Positions 1 to 13,660 of a stretch of 64,000 nt of DNA are shown in pieces (positions within the stretch are counted from its first letter, which is position 1; each line of letters starts with the position of its first letter). The notes beneath the pieces are model-generated. The model saw only the letters and a program-made list of their open reading frames with translations, was not told the origin of the DNA and searched no databases. The stretch comes from Eledone cirrhosa (taxonomy: Eukaryota), in contig OZ024740.1 of the NCBI GenBank assembly GCA_964016885.1, positions 409,014,001 to 409,078,000 of the forward strand, read 5' to 3'. The translations under genes and the position numbers were made by a program.

Positions 1-580
1 TTTCATGGCTTGACAATCTTACATAAGTGCAATTGATTATTGTCAGCCATATCTTCTGACAAACTATATACAAAATGTTTAACAAGATTTGAGAAAAGAT
101 CTCGAAGAAAGGAGTGAATAAATACAAAATGTATCATTGGTGGAGAGGAGCTAGCTTCAGGATTAAAAGGAATTACTCATTGCCTTTGAGAAAACGGATA
201 CATATTTAGGTCCTAGAATTACATTGAGTGTGTGGAGGAGAAATTGAGATAAGAGGGAGGTTAAACAGGTGGTGTGTTTGTGGTAAGAGAAGGTGCATAT
301 CAAACAGTTCTGAGTAAGTAGGGGTAGTTGTAAAGAATGAAGTATTGAGAGAAGATAGGGTGGAGATATTATATTAGCTTGTGAGTGACTGCCAGCATGT
401 AGGGTATTTTAAGGTGGTTTTTATATATCACACGGTATAGGCTCTGTGCCTGAGAATTGATGCTTCCATGAAGATTGTCAGACCATGAAACCTAAGGTTG
501 CACAATGATTTTTCATGTGTACAAATCAATGAATTAGCTCTCTTTATATACAGAGCATTTCCTCTTGTTGACACCCTTTC

Positions 581-582
581 CA

Positions 583-648
<66 letters not shown>
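581..648. repeat. (CA)n microsatellite
   Basis: Direct reading. Confidence 0.98.
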
Positions 649-650
<2 letters not shown>

Positions 651-1510
651 CACATGTACATATAAATAAATGTTGAAATAGCCAGTCTGAACTAAAATCA
701 GAGCTACAGAATGTCATGATTAAGCGATGGTAAGAAAGAAGAAAAACGAAAAAGATGTACTCCCTGTTTATAATAAACATTAAAAAATGTACCCAATACA
801 CATTGTAGATTGTAACTAGTAGATTTATTCATCTGTTGCCTCCATTGCTACACTGTTTCCTTCTAGTACAATGATGTAAACATTCCCAGAAAATTATAAA
901 ATATTTCAAATGACAACCATTTTATTGGCTAAACCATGTTATATGTGACCTTTGAGGTGTAGTAATAAGGGAGATAATAGATACTCTTTTTTTTTCTTTC
1001 TAAAAGTAACATTTTATATATTTTCTTGATATATCCCAGAGATCAATATTTGACAAATATTGATGTAATTTTATTATTTTATGTAAATTATCGACATCTT
1101 TCTAATTTGCCAATTCACTGTGACAAATTGAAAGGGGAAGCTGTAGAGTTGGAGTTGGGGTCGCAATGTTAAATGCACATAAACCACACACTGAAAATAA
1201 AATAAAATTGAAGAAAAACTTAAACAAATATGTTTTTGTGATTTATTGATGAAATTATGTCATGGGAGATGCTGCTAGTGGTGAGGATGTCTCACAGAAG
1301 ATCTTTTGCAAGGAATCTTTATAGTTCTGATATGTATTTCACATAGAGTTTCCATTAGTTCCATGGCGAGTGTATCTGTGCTGAAGTAATGTTGACCACC
1401 CCCTCCTTCACTTCCTTCCTCCTCCTTCCTTCCTTCTCCTCCCTTCCATTAATCCCCCCACAAGTGTTTAATGTACTCACCAATTCTTTTCATTATAACT
1501 CCTTTTTCAG

Positions 1511-1537
1511 TCCCCTCGAGTGCTGAATAACATTGAG
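1511..1537 (+). CDS. OXSR1: OSR1/SPAK-family kinase, 27-nt microexon (SPRVLNNIE), phase 0-0
   Basis: Pyrimidine tract and cctttttcag acceptor; GAG|gtaagt consensus donor; SPRV matches the SPRV(K) motif I recall just after the S-motif region of OXSR1; phase fits the downstream exons. Confidence 0.75.
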
Positions 1538-3300
1538 GTAAGTGTTCCCTGATCTGGACAACAAGTGATCCCCCCTTGTCAGTCACACTGCTCCCTCCAG
1601 TGATGTCTCAGTCTTCCCGATTAGATATATGTCTGTGTGTATGTGTTTCTCTGTGTGTGCTTGTGAGTGTGTGTGTGAATGTGTATGTATGCAAGTATGT
1701 GTGTATATACATGCTGCATATACATACGTACATATACATACATATAAACATGCACAAAGGTTAGGCACACACATATTCATTGTCATTTTTCTGTCAACTT
1801 TTTTTTCCATTCTCCTTTGATTGCTACACATGCATACAATTTTCATTTCAATGTTTGTCTGAAGTTTATTGTTGTTGTCATCGTTGTTGTTCATTATTAT
1901 TATTATTATTATTATTATTACACTTGTTGTTTGATCACTCCAACACAATTGCTGCTACTGCTATTGCTGCATAAACAAAGATAAAAAAAAAGCTGCTAAT
2001 GTTAGTATTTTTTATTTATTTATTTATGTTAACAGTCCAACTAATATCTTCTGTTTCTGTCTGCCATATTTTAGCAGTTTAGTAGTATTAGTCCTTCAGT
2101 TTTATAAACTATTTATTTTGTTTACTGGGTTATTTCCACTGTCATTGGTTGTCTTATAGTGGCTAGTTAATCCTTTTCTCTCATTTTTCTTCAAAAACAT
2201 TGAACATTTTATTTCTAACAAGTTCAAATCTCTCTATTTCCTTTATGGGCCATTAGATTACTATTAAAATTAGACATCTATAATTTTATTGGTATTATTA
2301 CTATTATTTTTTTAAAAGTATTTTTGCGATTATATTTCAGTTCATAACATGAAATTTATTGAATTTTAATATTCTAAGCATGTCATATTAATATAAGTAA
2401 TTCAAACATCTATGCAAATTTGGATTGGCAATCTATAAATCTATATTTCAAAGCCATTTTTATTTGAATTCCACCCTGCTCTCTCTTTCTCTTCATCACT
2501 GCTTATACAATTTTGATGTATTCTGTTACAGAATTATTATTGTAAAACTGTTTGTTAGTACAATTATTTATTTTCAATTTCTGATTCACATAACCTTATT
2601 TATCATCTATTTTCTGCTCGCTTTATAAGTTTCATTTCAGATCACCTGACTAATTATAAAGAAATGATCACTTTGGTGATCAATGGTGTTATTTCTTATG
2701 CCCACTGCTTAGCTTCTGCTTTTTGTTACGTAGCGTTCTTCTGGAAAAATGAAGTAAACATATTTTTGTTTGCAAAACCTCACCAGCTCAGTTAAATTAA
2801 TTTTCAAATAGGATTACTTGAGTAGAGTTAGATAACCTTAATGAGAATGTGTTTGATTTTTTGTTGCTGTTGTTTTAAAATTATTTTCATTTATTTTAAG
2901 CAATGCGCTTTCAGTATATTTACTTTCTTATTTTTATTTTTATTTATTTTTTTTTTTCAATTCTGAATTATCCTAAAATAGTAAATAAACAAAGTAGTTG
3001 TCCTAGCCATTCTTTGGAGGTTTCTTTTTCCCTTTATTTCAATCTTAAGCATTTATATTCTGCTCTTGTCATCTTGTTTGAAGCAAAGAAAGTGGTTGTT
3101 TGCTTTCTCTCAATGTCATTACAACTTTTGAATCCCTAATGTAAGGAAATGTACAATACATAATTTACTAGCAATTATTAACTGTGACCATATGTCTTCC
3201 AAAGGATGTGGAAGATGAAATAATTATTATTAAGGTTTGAAATGTTAACCTATGAAGTTATTACGCTTAGAGAAATGGAGGAACTAACTATGTAATTAGT

Positions 3301-3580
3301 GGAAGCACGTGGCCTAGTGGTAAGAGTGTTGGATTTATGATCATAATGTCATGAGTTCGATTCCTGGACTGGGTTGTGTGTTGTCTTCTTGAACAAAACA
3401 CTTCATTTCATATTGCTCCAGTATACTCAGCTGAAAATGAATACCAGCAATAGCTGGAAGTTTAACTCTGTGATGGACAGGCATCCTGTCCAGGACGGAG
3501 TTTGTACTCTCAATTGCTTCATGCCATGGAAACTGGAATAAGCACTTGCCCAATGAGCCTCCAAGCTTGAACCAGACTTT
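3301..3580 (+). mobile_element. tRNA-derived SINE, family A
   Basis: A-box-like tggcctagtggt, B-box-like gagttcgattcc, and a body motif ttgagcaagacactt..tttcacattgctccag shared with copies near 16301, 17530, 18440(-), 27815, 36475 and 42330. Confidence 0.8.
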
Positions 3581-4639
3581 TGTAAACTATGTAATTGTTA
3601 GTCCCTCGTAACTTAATCTTAAACACATTAAGTTACTCTTAACAGAGAATAATAGTATTCCTTCTAGATAGGCTGTGATTTAACAGGAAGATATCTTTAG
3701 AAAGACACTACTTCTAAATAATATTTTACTATTTAATTCTGTATAGCTGTGTGTGGAGGTTTTTGTGTAGGTTTTTGTCCTTGATCAACTTATTTTTCTT
3801 ATTGTGAAGCCATTAGCCCTGAATGCATTGTTCTGACTTTTAATTGCTTTTAAAAGACAGAAATAAAATTTGGTGCTTATTCATGTGTAGAAACAAAGCA
3901 TTCTGATACTTTTCTTGTGTATGTATAAGTATTTTATGTATTTACATGTGTGTATTAACTAGGGCAACCTTCTCTGAAGATAAAGGGAGAAAGGATCTTC
4001 TGACCATGTAATAGCACATTTAATAAAAGCTTACAAGTTGCAATTTTGCTTTAAGCATATACATGCAAATGGGTGTAACATTACAGCAGTTGAGACAACA
4101 TGGACGACAATTTATAGAGGAGCGAGTAGACTCACAGTCCTCACCAGTAAAGTCTATAAATACATTATGCAGAGTCTTTGCTGCCAAAGAAGAGCCCTTA
4201 TATTCTCATCTTTCCTTCAACTTCTACCAGATGAACTCTCAACCCTCAGAAATATAAGATTTAGCAGGAGCTACTATCTACTGTTTAGTCTCCTCAGAAC
4301 TATACAACTTGTTAACAGGGGTTAAAACAATTGCTACAACAATAATAGCTTGCTCTCAATAGAGGTGAAGAAACAGCTACAATAGATATGTACTATATAT
4401 GTGATTTCATGACACTGACATTTCCACAAATTGGATAATGGTCATCAGTTAATATACAGGCCATAAACATACATGTGTGTAATATTTGTTCATTCTGGAA
4501 GATATCGATGATGTGCAAATAAGTGGATGGTCAGTGGTTTATTTCAATCTTTCTCATATATCTCTTTCACTGTTCATTCCTGGCTGTTAGTTCTGGTTCC
4601 ATCTAATTGTGTTATCTCTGCCTTTTATCTCCAGTTAGT

Positions 4640-5010
4640 GTCCATCATGTGCAGGCTTCCCTTCCCAGCTCGAGCCAGCAGGGCTAGACCGAGGGGATTA
4701 CAAAAAACCAGATAGCATAACAGTTTACCTGTCACAGCATGTAGCATCTGGGATGCTACATGCTGTGACAACTTGGTGGATTCAGTTACCAGCCCAGGCT
4801 CTGCTGCCTGCCAAGCCGAAGAATTGGCCACTCTCGGGTAGCTTTGTGGTAGAGCCTGTAGCAGTGGAGATTACTGGCGTTCTTGGCCCCCAGACCACAT
4901 GCCTACTAACTGCTATTGAAGCGGAGTTGACCACCAGCAGGTGCAAGCCTCACGAAGTAGAGTGGCTGTTCCAGCGCATCTCCCTTGCCGTTCTCTAGGG
5001 CAATCTATTC
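4640..5010 (+). mobile_element. 3' relic of a CRE-like non-LTR retrotransposon (restriction-like endonuclease region)
   Basis: Frameshifted peptides KPDSITV, WDATCCDN, PVAVEITGVLG and WLFQRISLAVL*GN resemble the conserved C-terminus of CRE-clade elements. Confidence 0.65.
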
Positions 5011-5304
5011 TCCAGAGGATTAGTTAGTTGGTAGTGGAGGATAAACGTTCGGACGTCATTTCCACACATGTATTGAGTGCCTTTTTTAACTGTTGTATTT
5101 ATTCATATACAACCTCTTCAATTGTCACCACGTCATTATGAATTATATAAATGTCAATCACAAAATTATATCCTATTTTCATGTCAATTCATAATTATAC
5201 TTGTATGGCAAGAGGCTTTATCAGAGATCGTTTCTTGAAACTAAAACAATTACATTGTGGAAGGGTCTTGATTATATATATATATAATAATAATATATAT
5301 ATAT

Positions 5305-5690
5305 TAAATTAATAAAAACAAGGAAATAAAAACAAAGAACAAGTTCCTTATATCAAAAAATTCATCATTTTATGATCGTTTCTGGGATGTATATGTGTGT
5401 TGGTATGTATATCATGTTTAAGATCTATGTAAAAATATTACAAATTATCAGAGGAAATATACATACCTTCACATATACATGCCGTCCTCAGAAATGATCA
5501 TTTCTAAGGACGGCATGTATATGTGAAGGTATGTATATTTCCTCTGATAATTTGTAATATTTTTACATAGATCTTAAACATGATATACATACCAACACAC
5601 ATATACATCCCAGAAACGATCATAAAATGATGAATTTTTTGATATAAGGAACTTGTTCTTTGTTTTTATTTCCTTGTTTTTATTAATTTA
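5305..5690. mobile_element. 386-bp palindrome (193-bp arms, one mismatch) with an HHR motif in each arm; PLE pLTR-like, (TA)n-flanked
   Basis: Arms compared base by base; centre 5497/5498; CTGAGGA...GAAA core on the minus strand. Confidence 0.85.
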
Positions 5691-5827
5691 TCTTGACTCT
5701 GTTTTCCTATGACTTTTATCGTAAATTTTTGAATGCACCTTCTCTTTTTATGATATCTTCTATATTGGGATTACATTGAGTTCTTCATACGGATTGGACA
5801 CTACCGTATATTTTAGTAGATTTATCT

Positions 5828-5871
<44 letters not shown>

Positions 5872-5873
<2 letters not shown>

Positions 5874-6317
5874 AAAGTTATATTCAAATTGTTGGGTTAA
5901 CAACGAGTAAATATTTATAACTGATATAAAAGCACTCAACAAGTATTTGGAGTATATTTATGATATTAAATAAATGGAAACTATATTTATAAAACCATAT
6001 TTATTTTGTTATATATATTTCAGGGATATCATATTAACAATATGTTATGCCTTCTTCAGACAAAATACAATATAAACAGTCTTATAAATAAATAGATACG
6101 ACATACCTTTCAATCACCTTGCATTTGGGAGGTTGATCTGCCAAATCAACCTCCCAAATGCAAGGTGATTGAAAGGTATGTCGTATCTATTTATTTATAA
6201 GACTGTTTATATTGTATTTTGTCTGAAGAAGGCATAACATATTGTTAATATGATATCCCTGAAATATATATAACGAAATAAATATGGTTTTATAAATATA
6301 GTTTCCATTTATTTAAT

Positions 6318-6323
<6 letters not shown>
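5872..6323. mobile_element. (TA)n-flanked PLE-like element with palindrome 5959-6323 and an HHR motif in each arm
   Basis: Arms 5959-6137 and 6145-6323; + strand CTGAAGA at 6223-6229 and GAAA at 6261-6264; homologous to 28640-29197. Confidence 0.85.
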
Positions 6324-6372
<49 letters not shown>

Positions 6373-7145
6373 TGGTCATTGACACACTTCTACTGTATCT
6401 GTGTGTCAGTGATGAGGTCATACATGTATGACACATTTTTTGACACTTTATAGTATATTATTACTATTGCAAAATAAAACAGGAATAAGTATAGTTGCAT
6501 ATGTGTGTTTTAAATGGATATCTTATGATATAATCATTAACCAATATAATCTCCAATGAAAAGTCTTTTAATTTATGACATTTTTAAAGTAAAACACAAT
6601 CCTTTGTTTAAGAAGCACTTGGTAAATTCAAGATAAACATACTACACATGAAAACTTGTTTTGTAATCATTCTGTTTCATTAGATTTTTGTTTCATTCTC
6701 GACCAGCAAAATGATATTTCTAGTGCAAATCTGAATAAAGTAGAGAAAGAGATAATATCTAGACATATGTGCATAATATACATTAATTAATCACTTCATG
6801 AATTCACACTGCTAATTATTACTGAATTACATTCTAAAGTATTTATGAAAATAATATTTTATAAATCCACAAACTTTAGTCTCTGACTTTCTATATTTAT
6901 TAGATAAAAAAAAAAAAAAATCAATCCTATGAATCTTTCTTCATAACATGTTAACTGTAGCTCCTACTTTTGTATCTATTTTGAGATAGATTTTAGCAGT
7001 GATACAGGATTACACTTTTTTTGTTCTATTTTATGACTAATCTGAATTATCAATGTCCTACAATGAAAGCAAACCACCATGGTAGTTTCACCTGGTTGTC
7101 ATGTAAACCATTAAATTATACTCATTAGTTGTTGAAAATGTCTTT

Positions 7146-7427
7146 GTTGGTGCCATAACATCCAGGCCGAAACAAATGAGATCGTGTAGGTGTCACGACA
7201 AAAAAAACACACAGTCCACGCTGTAATGTGGCCGTGTAGGCAACACAGTAAAAACCTCCCAGTCCCACACTGTAAATGTGGTTGGTGTTAGGAAGGGCAT
7301 CCAGCTGTAGAAAACCCGCCAGACAGTCCTATGCGAGCAAGACAACCACTCTTGCCTCAAGTGGGAAAACCCCTGTCCAAACCCATGCAAGCGTGGAACA
7401 TGGACGTTAAACGATGATGATGATGAA
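7146..7427 (+). mobile_element. RTE LINE 3'-UTR fragment with (GAT)n tail
   Basis: Nearly identical to the 3' UTRs of the RTE copies at 12316 and 32213. Confidence 0.85.
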
Positions 7428-7620
7428 GTCATTTAATTCATACACAGGTTTTGATTTTTAATTTTTCTCTCACATTTGGCATGCATGTTTTGTGAGTTTA
7501 CAAGCTTAATCAATGGGGTGGCTCGTTACTTGAAAGGCCTGTTCATATCCCATGACTAACATGTTGGGAGGTACAACATATGTCTAGAAAGTACAATTCA
7601 CTATTAGTAAGTGCCACATA

Positions 7621-8065
7621 TTACTGGAAGGCATAGCTTGATTCAGTAATGTACAGCTCAAAGCTGGAAGGCACAGTTTAACTCACTAGTGAACCGCTCA
7701 ATGCTGGAAGGCACAGTTTAACTCACTAATGAACAGCTCAATGCTGGAAGGCACAGCTTAACTCACTAGTGCACTGCTCAATGCTGGAAGGTACAGCTTA
7801 ACTCACTAATGAACAGCTCATTGCAGGAAGGCACAGCTTAAATCACTAGTGTATCACTCAATGCTGGAAGGCACAGCTTAACTCACTTGTGAACAGCTCA
7901 ATGCTGGAAGGCACAGCTTAACTCACTAGTGAACAGCTCATTGCTGGAAGGCTCATCTTAACTCACTTGTGAACAGCTCATTGCTGGAAGGCACAACTTA
8001 ACTCAATAATGTACAATACATTGCTAGAAGAAACAGCTCAACTCAGTAATGCACAACTCACTGCT
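7621..8065. repeat. 40-bp minisatellite, about 11 copies (atgctggaaggcacagcttaactcactagtgaacagctca)
   Basis: gctggaagg recurs every 40 nt. Confidence 0.95.
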
Positions 8066-8542
8066 GTAGCTGTGGCAGCACTGAATAGAAACAAATAGGT
8101 GGAGGATCTACTTGGCTAACTTGATCTAATCTTGTTATATGAAAATGTCTTTCACTTGAATTGGTTTGTGAATTTATTTATTTTGGCTTATTTTGAAGAA
8201 TGTAGAGATGTAGATATTTGTATTAAGACATTAATTATTGATCTTAGTAAAGAATTCCTTTACAAATATTAAAGTTGTTCATAAACATATACTGTTTTTG
8301 CATTAGTCAGTTGTATATATATATAATACTATGCAACTGATATATATGCCTGTCAGGTCATTCATGCACCTGTGTCTGCTTTAGAATATCTTGAGAAACT
8401 TGACACATTTGCTATGTTTGAGTGTGTGTATGTTGGAGTGTGTATTTATGATAGTGGTAGCTCTACTCATATATCTATTTTCACACATGTATACATACAC
8501 AGATAAGATATTTAACTAACATATAGTATGATGTTAAGGTAA

Positions 8543-8690
8543 TGGATTGGCAGAGTCATTAGAACATCGGATAGAATGCTTTGTAGTATTCTTTCCAGCT
8601 CCCTGCACTCTGAATTCAAATCCTTCTGAGGTTAACTTTATCTTTCATCTTTTTGAGGCCGATAAAGTACTAATCTAGTATTGGGATCAA
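8543..8690 (+). mobile_element. SINE family B, degenerate copy
   Basis: ggattggcag...tctgaattcaaatcc...aacttt..ctttcatc...gataaagtac, as in the copies at 24193, 60112 and 60893. Confidence 0.7.
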
Positions 8691-10521
8691 ATCTTCTTCT
8701 ATACTTCTTTTGCACTTTCTCTTTTTTTTCTTTGTTTCACTTCTACATGCAGTAGGATGGGTTCGACCAGGTTTAAAGCAACTCAATCTGGAGTTAATGG
8801 CACAGCATGATGTTATTTAGAAGCATTGTATCAATGATCTTTTAAAAGATAAATCCAAAACAATGCAGATTAATAAAACCTAGTTGTATTGTATATTTTT
8901 CTTTTTCTTCTGAATTTTCTTTATTAAAATGGTCCTTTTCCAAAATGAATGATATACAGAAAGAAATTCAGCTGTTTTTGATAGGGGCTGAAAGGCCAAC
9001 TAAAATATTCTGTAATAGTTTGCACTCTCTGGCATTTTTCACCAATTGCTTGTTATCTGTATAGTTGAATAGGTTTCAAATGATTTCAAATCATTTTTCA
9101 CATATCGTAAAATGTTATCATTAATATTATTAAGTATCAGCAGTATATTGGAGTTGAGTTAATTGATTGTATCTTCTACTAATGTTAAAAATGATGATGA
9201 TCATCATAATTATTATTGGTTATGTATTATTGGCTATATACCAACCTACCCAAAACTGGCTTTAGTCTTATGTTACCAATCTACACCGGAAGTCTCATCT
9301 GATGTCATGTTATTAACTGGAATAATAATGTGATTTTCTCTTAGATAATACTTCCATCATAATTGTGTGTAACAATCATTTTCTGGAGTTGTTTTGCCAA
9401 TCATAGCTTAATATATTGATAGATACAATTCAGTTGATTATTTTGGAAATTAATTGAAACACATTAAGTGACAGAAAGATGGTAGAACTGATTTTTTTTT
9501 TCTTGAACAGTACCTGTTACATTTATTATTATACAATTGGCATTGAGAGAAGAGAAATATCTAATGGTATAAATATTTACCAAAACACTTCTCTTGAAAT
9601 TGTCCAATTCAAATTGCCCTGATGAGGCTCAACCTGCTAGAAATGTTAGCCAAATCTTCCTCAAATCACACTCTACTATGAACAAAGTAGTAATAGATAT
9701 TAAAAACAAAATAGGATGATCACTGCTGAAATGCTTTTGATTATATGACTACAAACTCTACTATTTTCGAAATACAGCATGTAGTGGGAATTATAAGTTT
9801 GTAATAAAATACTTCAGTTAGTGTACTGCAGCATTCTTCAGAGAGTCAATTAAACAGCCCCCCCCAAATATATATATGTAACTTGTTTCATTGTTCATGG
9901 GAGGCATGTAAAGCTTCTTGGCTGATATGTAATTTAGATACAGATAAAATCCTGGATATATGGGTCAGCATTAAATTGTTTTTTTCTTTTTATTTGAGGT
10001 GAGGTCGGGGCTTTTTTGTTTTAATTAGTCTGAGAAAGAACATCAATGTTCAATAAACTTTTCAGGACCACTCATCCTTTCACTAAATATAAGAATGTTT
10101 AATTGGTGGGAAAGTTAATGCAATTGAATTTTAGTTTAAATTAGTTCTGTTGAAAAGAATACATAGATATGAAGATAGTCTAGGTTGCTGTTGATGGGAG
10201 ATTGTATTTAATTAATGATTTTACATAAGCATTGGATACAGTGACAAAATAAATAGAAATGGGGCAGTAGTTGATGTGGATATAGTTTTCTGAGATGCAG
10301 AGATTACTGTCTTGAATGGGTGTGTGTTCAAACAGGAAATATTACAAAGAAGACATAAATTTGAGAGAGAGAGAGAGAGCAATGTGAAAATTTAAATGAT
10401 AATGTGTTATCTTCTTATTATAACTCTTTTATTTCAAACTGGTTAACCCTGAATAGAGCTTGCAAAGTGTAAATCACATTCCAGAATGATTTTTTGAACA
10501 GTTTAGCCAAATAAATGGTAT

Positions 10522-10605
<84 letters not shown>

Positions 10606-11337
10606 TCTCTCTCTCTCTCTCTCTCTCTCTCTTTATTACATGGTAATTAGCTATGTTTCATGGGTTTATTCAGTTAAGATGGCAAATTCCATTATCAGAG
10701 TTTTTATGCTTGTCTTCTTTCAGCCACACTTCAGTTTTGAATATATATATATATGAATAAAAACAATATAGACAAAAACAAATGGAACACACTATCCCAA
10801 CTCATCAGTTGATCTCTGGAGATATGTCTCATTGCTTTAAGATAAATACAACTGGCTCCAGTGCATAATGGACAGTAACAAATGGACACAAGACAAGACA
10901 ATTAGTCTTTCAACTATTTACAAATATGATAAAATATGCTATAAACCCATGTGTTGCAACTGAAAAGAAGGGATATAGACGGACCCAACATATTGATTAA
11001 CCAAAGAGAAAGTGGAAGAGACAATATACAAACATGTATAAAAAGGTTTTCCGTTTGTTTGGACGTTAAGTCCTAAATAGGCATGGACACACACACATAT
11101 GCTCACATACACACACATATCATCATTTCATGCCCATTTTCAATGATGACTTTATATATATATAAAGTCATGTGTGTGTGGTGTTAGTGTGTTAATTTAT
11201 GCAAGATAAACAAATTACACATGCAGACCACAACGATGTTCAGTTATCCCACTGGTTAACTGTAGACAATCACTGCAAAGAGGAATGACATATACAGTTG
11301 ACCAAGTTATTGATATATATATATATATATATTTATC

Positions 11338-11915
11338 ATCAACATCGCTGTTTAATGTCCATTTTCCATATTAACATTGGTTAGACGAGTTGTCCCATTG
11401 TGAGACAAATCAGATTGGGTTTGACTGTGTCTTGCTCATACAGAACTGTTTCTGGGTTGGTTTGTATGGCTGGATTCCTTTCCTAACACCAACCACATTT
11501 ACAGTGTAGACTGGGGATGTTTTTGTGGTCTCACCAACACAACCACCTAAGAGGGTGGACCAGGTACTTTTTCTGTCACCAACATGACTACCTTACAGTG
11601 CTTTTTCTTGTGTCACCAACACGGTTCCCTTACAGGGTGGGCTGGGTGTTTTTTGTTGTATCACCAACATGATCACATTACAGGATGGACTGGGTGCTTA
11701 TATATATATATATATCATAATCATCATTTAACGTCCATTTTCCATGCTTACATCAGTTAGATAGGTCATCATATTACGAATTAAGTCAGGAGATCGTGTT
11801 TTGCTCATATGGATCTGTATTTTGACTTGGTTTTTATGATGGTTGGATGCCCTTCCTAACACCAACCATATTACAGTGTAGACTGGGTGTTTTTTGTCAT
11901 CTCACCAGCATGACA
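11338..11915 (-). mobile_element. Two RTE-related 3'-end fragments, the first with internal tandem sub-repeats of about 40 bp
   Basis: Shared ctggat.ccttcctaacaccaaccac motif and tttaacgtccattttccat end; tcaccaacac motif repeated at 11530-11700. Confidence 0.7.
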
Positions 11916-12315
11916 TATAAATATATATCAATGGCAAATGATATAGTTTATATATTTCATGAAGTAAAAGCAGTTCACAAGCAATAATTTCATAAAATTG
12001 TTCTATATATCTTAGAAAAAAGATTCCCGTATATTCTTAAAAATAATTTCCTTCCATGTCGATGTGTTTACACCAACAGCATTTTCTGATAGCATGCTGA
12101 ATTTTGCATCATAATGTATTGGTTATATTTTGTTTAGCTTATATTACAGACATTTTCTCCTCATTTGCATAGATTTCATTGTTTCTTGTTAATATTAGTG
12201 AATTCTAGAGTTTCTTGTATAGATATTTATAAATTTTCCTATTTCTTTCTCTCTCTCTCTCTCATATATAAGTGTGTGTGTATATGTATATATATATTGT
12301 ATATATCTCTGTGTG

Positions 12316-12356
<41 letters not shown>

Positions 12357-13660
12357 GTTTAACGTCCATCTTCCACGCTAGCATGGGTCTGGACGGGAAT
12401 TGTCCCACTTGAGGCAAAATTGGTTGTCTTGCTCAGGACTGTCTGGCGGGTTTTCTACGGCTGGATGCCCTTCCTAACACCAACCACGTTTACAGTGTGG
12501 ACTGGGAGGTTTTTACCGTGTTACCTACACGGCCACATTACTGTGTGTTTTTTGTCGTGACACCTACACGACCTCATTTATTTAGGACTGGATGTTGTGG
12601 TACCAACATAGCTTTACATCGAAAGGGGTGGTGTAGATGGCAGTGGGGGTAGTGGGACGGGGGTGTATTTTGGTTAAGAGGTGCCTACTGACTGTAGGTT
12701 TCGCTTTGTACTTAGGCAAGGCGGGTTTTCTGTATTGCTACGTAGCGCCAAAGATCTCGGTCCAGTAACATTTTCTTGGAGAGGTGTAAGTATGTGAGGT
12801 TGGATTTTATCAAGTCGTCCCAGGTTTTTCTGGGGCTGCCTACTCCGTAGCTACCGTCTATATTGATCGCCCTGCACTTTTTTATACAGCTGTCGCCTTT
12901 CATGTGCATCACGTGACCATACCAACGTAGTCTTCTCTCGAGTAAACAGCATCTGATTCCTCTTATTCCTAATTTCTCACTTAGTTCATTTATGCTTTGC
13001 CGTTCGCGTATATTACTATTACACATCCAACGGAGCATGCAAGCTTCATTTCTCTCCAGTCTGCGTAGATCCTTTGTACACAAGGCCCATGTCTCACTGC
13101 CATGTAACATCGCTGTTCGTATGCAGGCATCATACAGCCTGCCTTTCATTTTTAGAGAGAACCCTTTAGCGGCCAATAGTGGTATAAGCTCTCTGAACTT
13201 TTTCCATCCAGTTCTGACTCTAGCTACTGTACTTTCGGAGCACCCTCCCCCACTGCTGATTTTGTCACCCAGGTAACAGAAGGTGTCCACTATTTCTATA
13301 GAACCATCTGGGCAATGGAATGAGCTAGTATTCTGTGGGCATTTGCTGCTACTTATTGCACCAGAGCACCGGCCACATATAAAATCTATATTCTTAGTTA
13401 GCTTACCTGTGATCCCACTACATCTTTTATGCACCCATACTTTGCATTTGGGACATAAAATGGAGTTTCTGTCTACTCCTTTCCTACACCCTGAGTATGG
13501 CCATTTCCCAGATGGGACCAGTGCCCTATTCTCCTTCCTACATATTAGGACTTTAGTCTTAGACAAGTTAACTTTTGATTCTAGGCCATGCTTCCATGTT
13601 TGGAATTTCTTCTCTAGTTCAGCCATTGATTTGGCTATGAGCGTTAGATCATCTGCGTAT
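12316..13660 (-). mobile_element. 5'-truncated RTE-clade LINE (RT C-terminus from YADD, PHD-like insert, 3' UTR, (GAT)n tail)
   Basis: ORF 12712-13779 contains YADDL, KVNLSKTKVL, FCYLGD, MLHGSETW, RRLRWYGHV and G.PRKTW. Confidence 0.92.

Noticed and set aside
7621-8065. CRISPR-like periodicity
   Set aside because: The variable parts are short and related to each other rather than unique spacers; eukaryotic intron with no cas genes.
9615-9650. CTGATGAG...GAAA as a hammerhead
   Set aside because: No convincing stems I, II or III.
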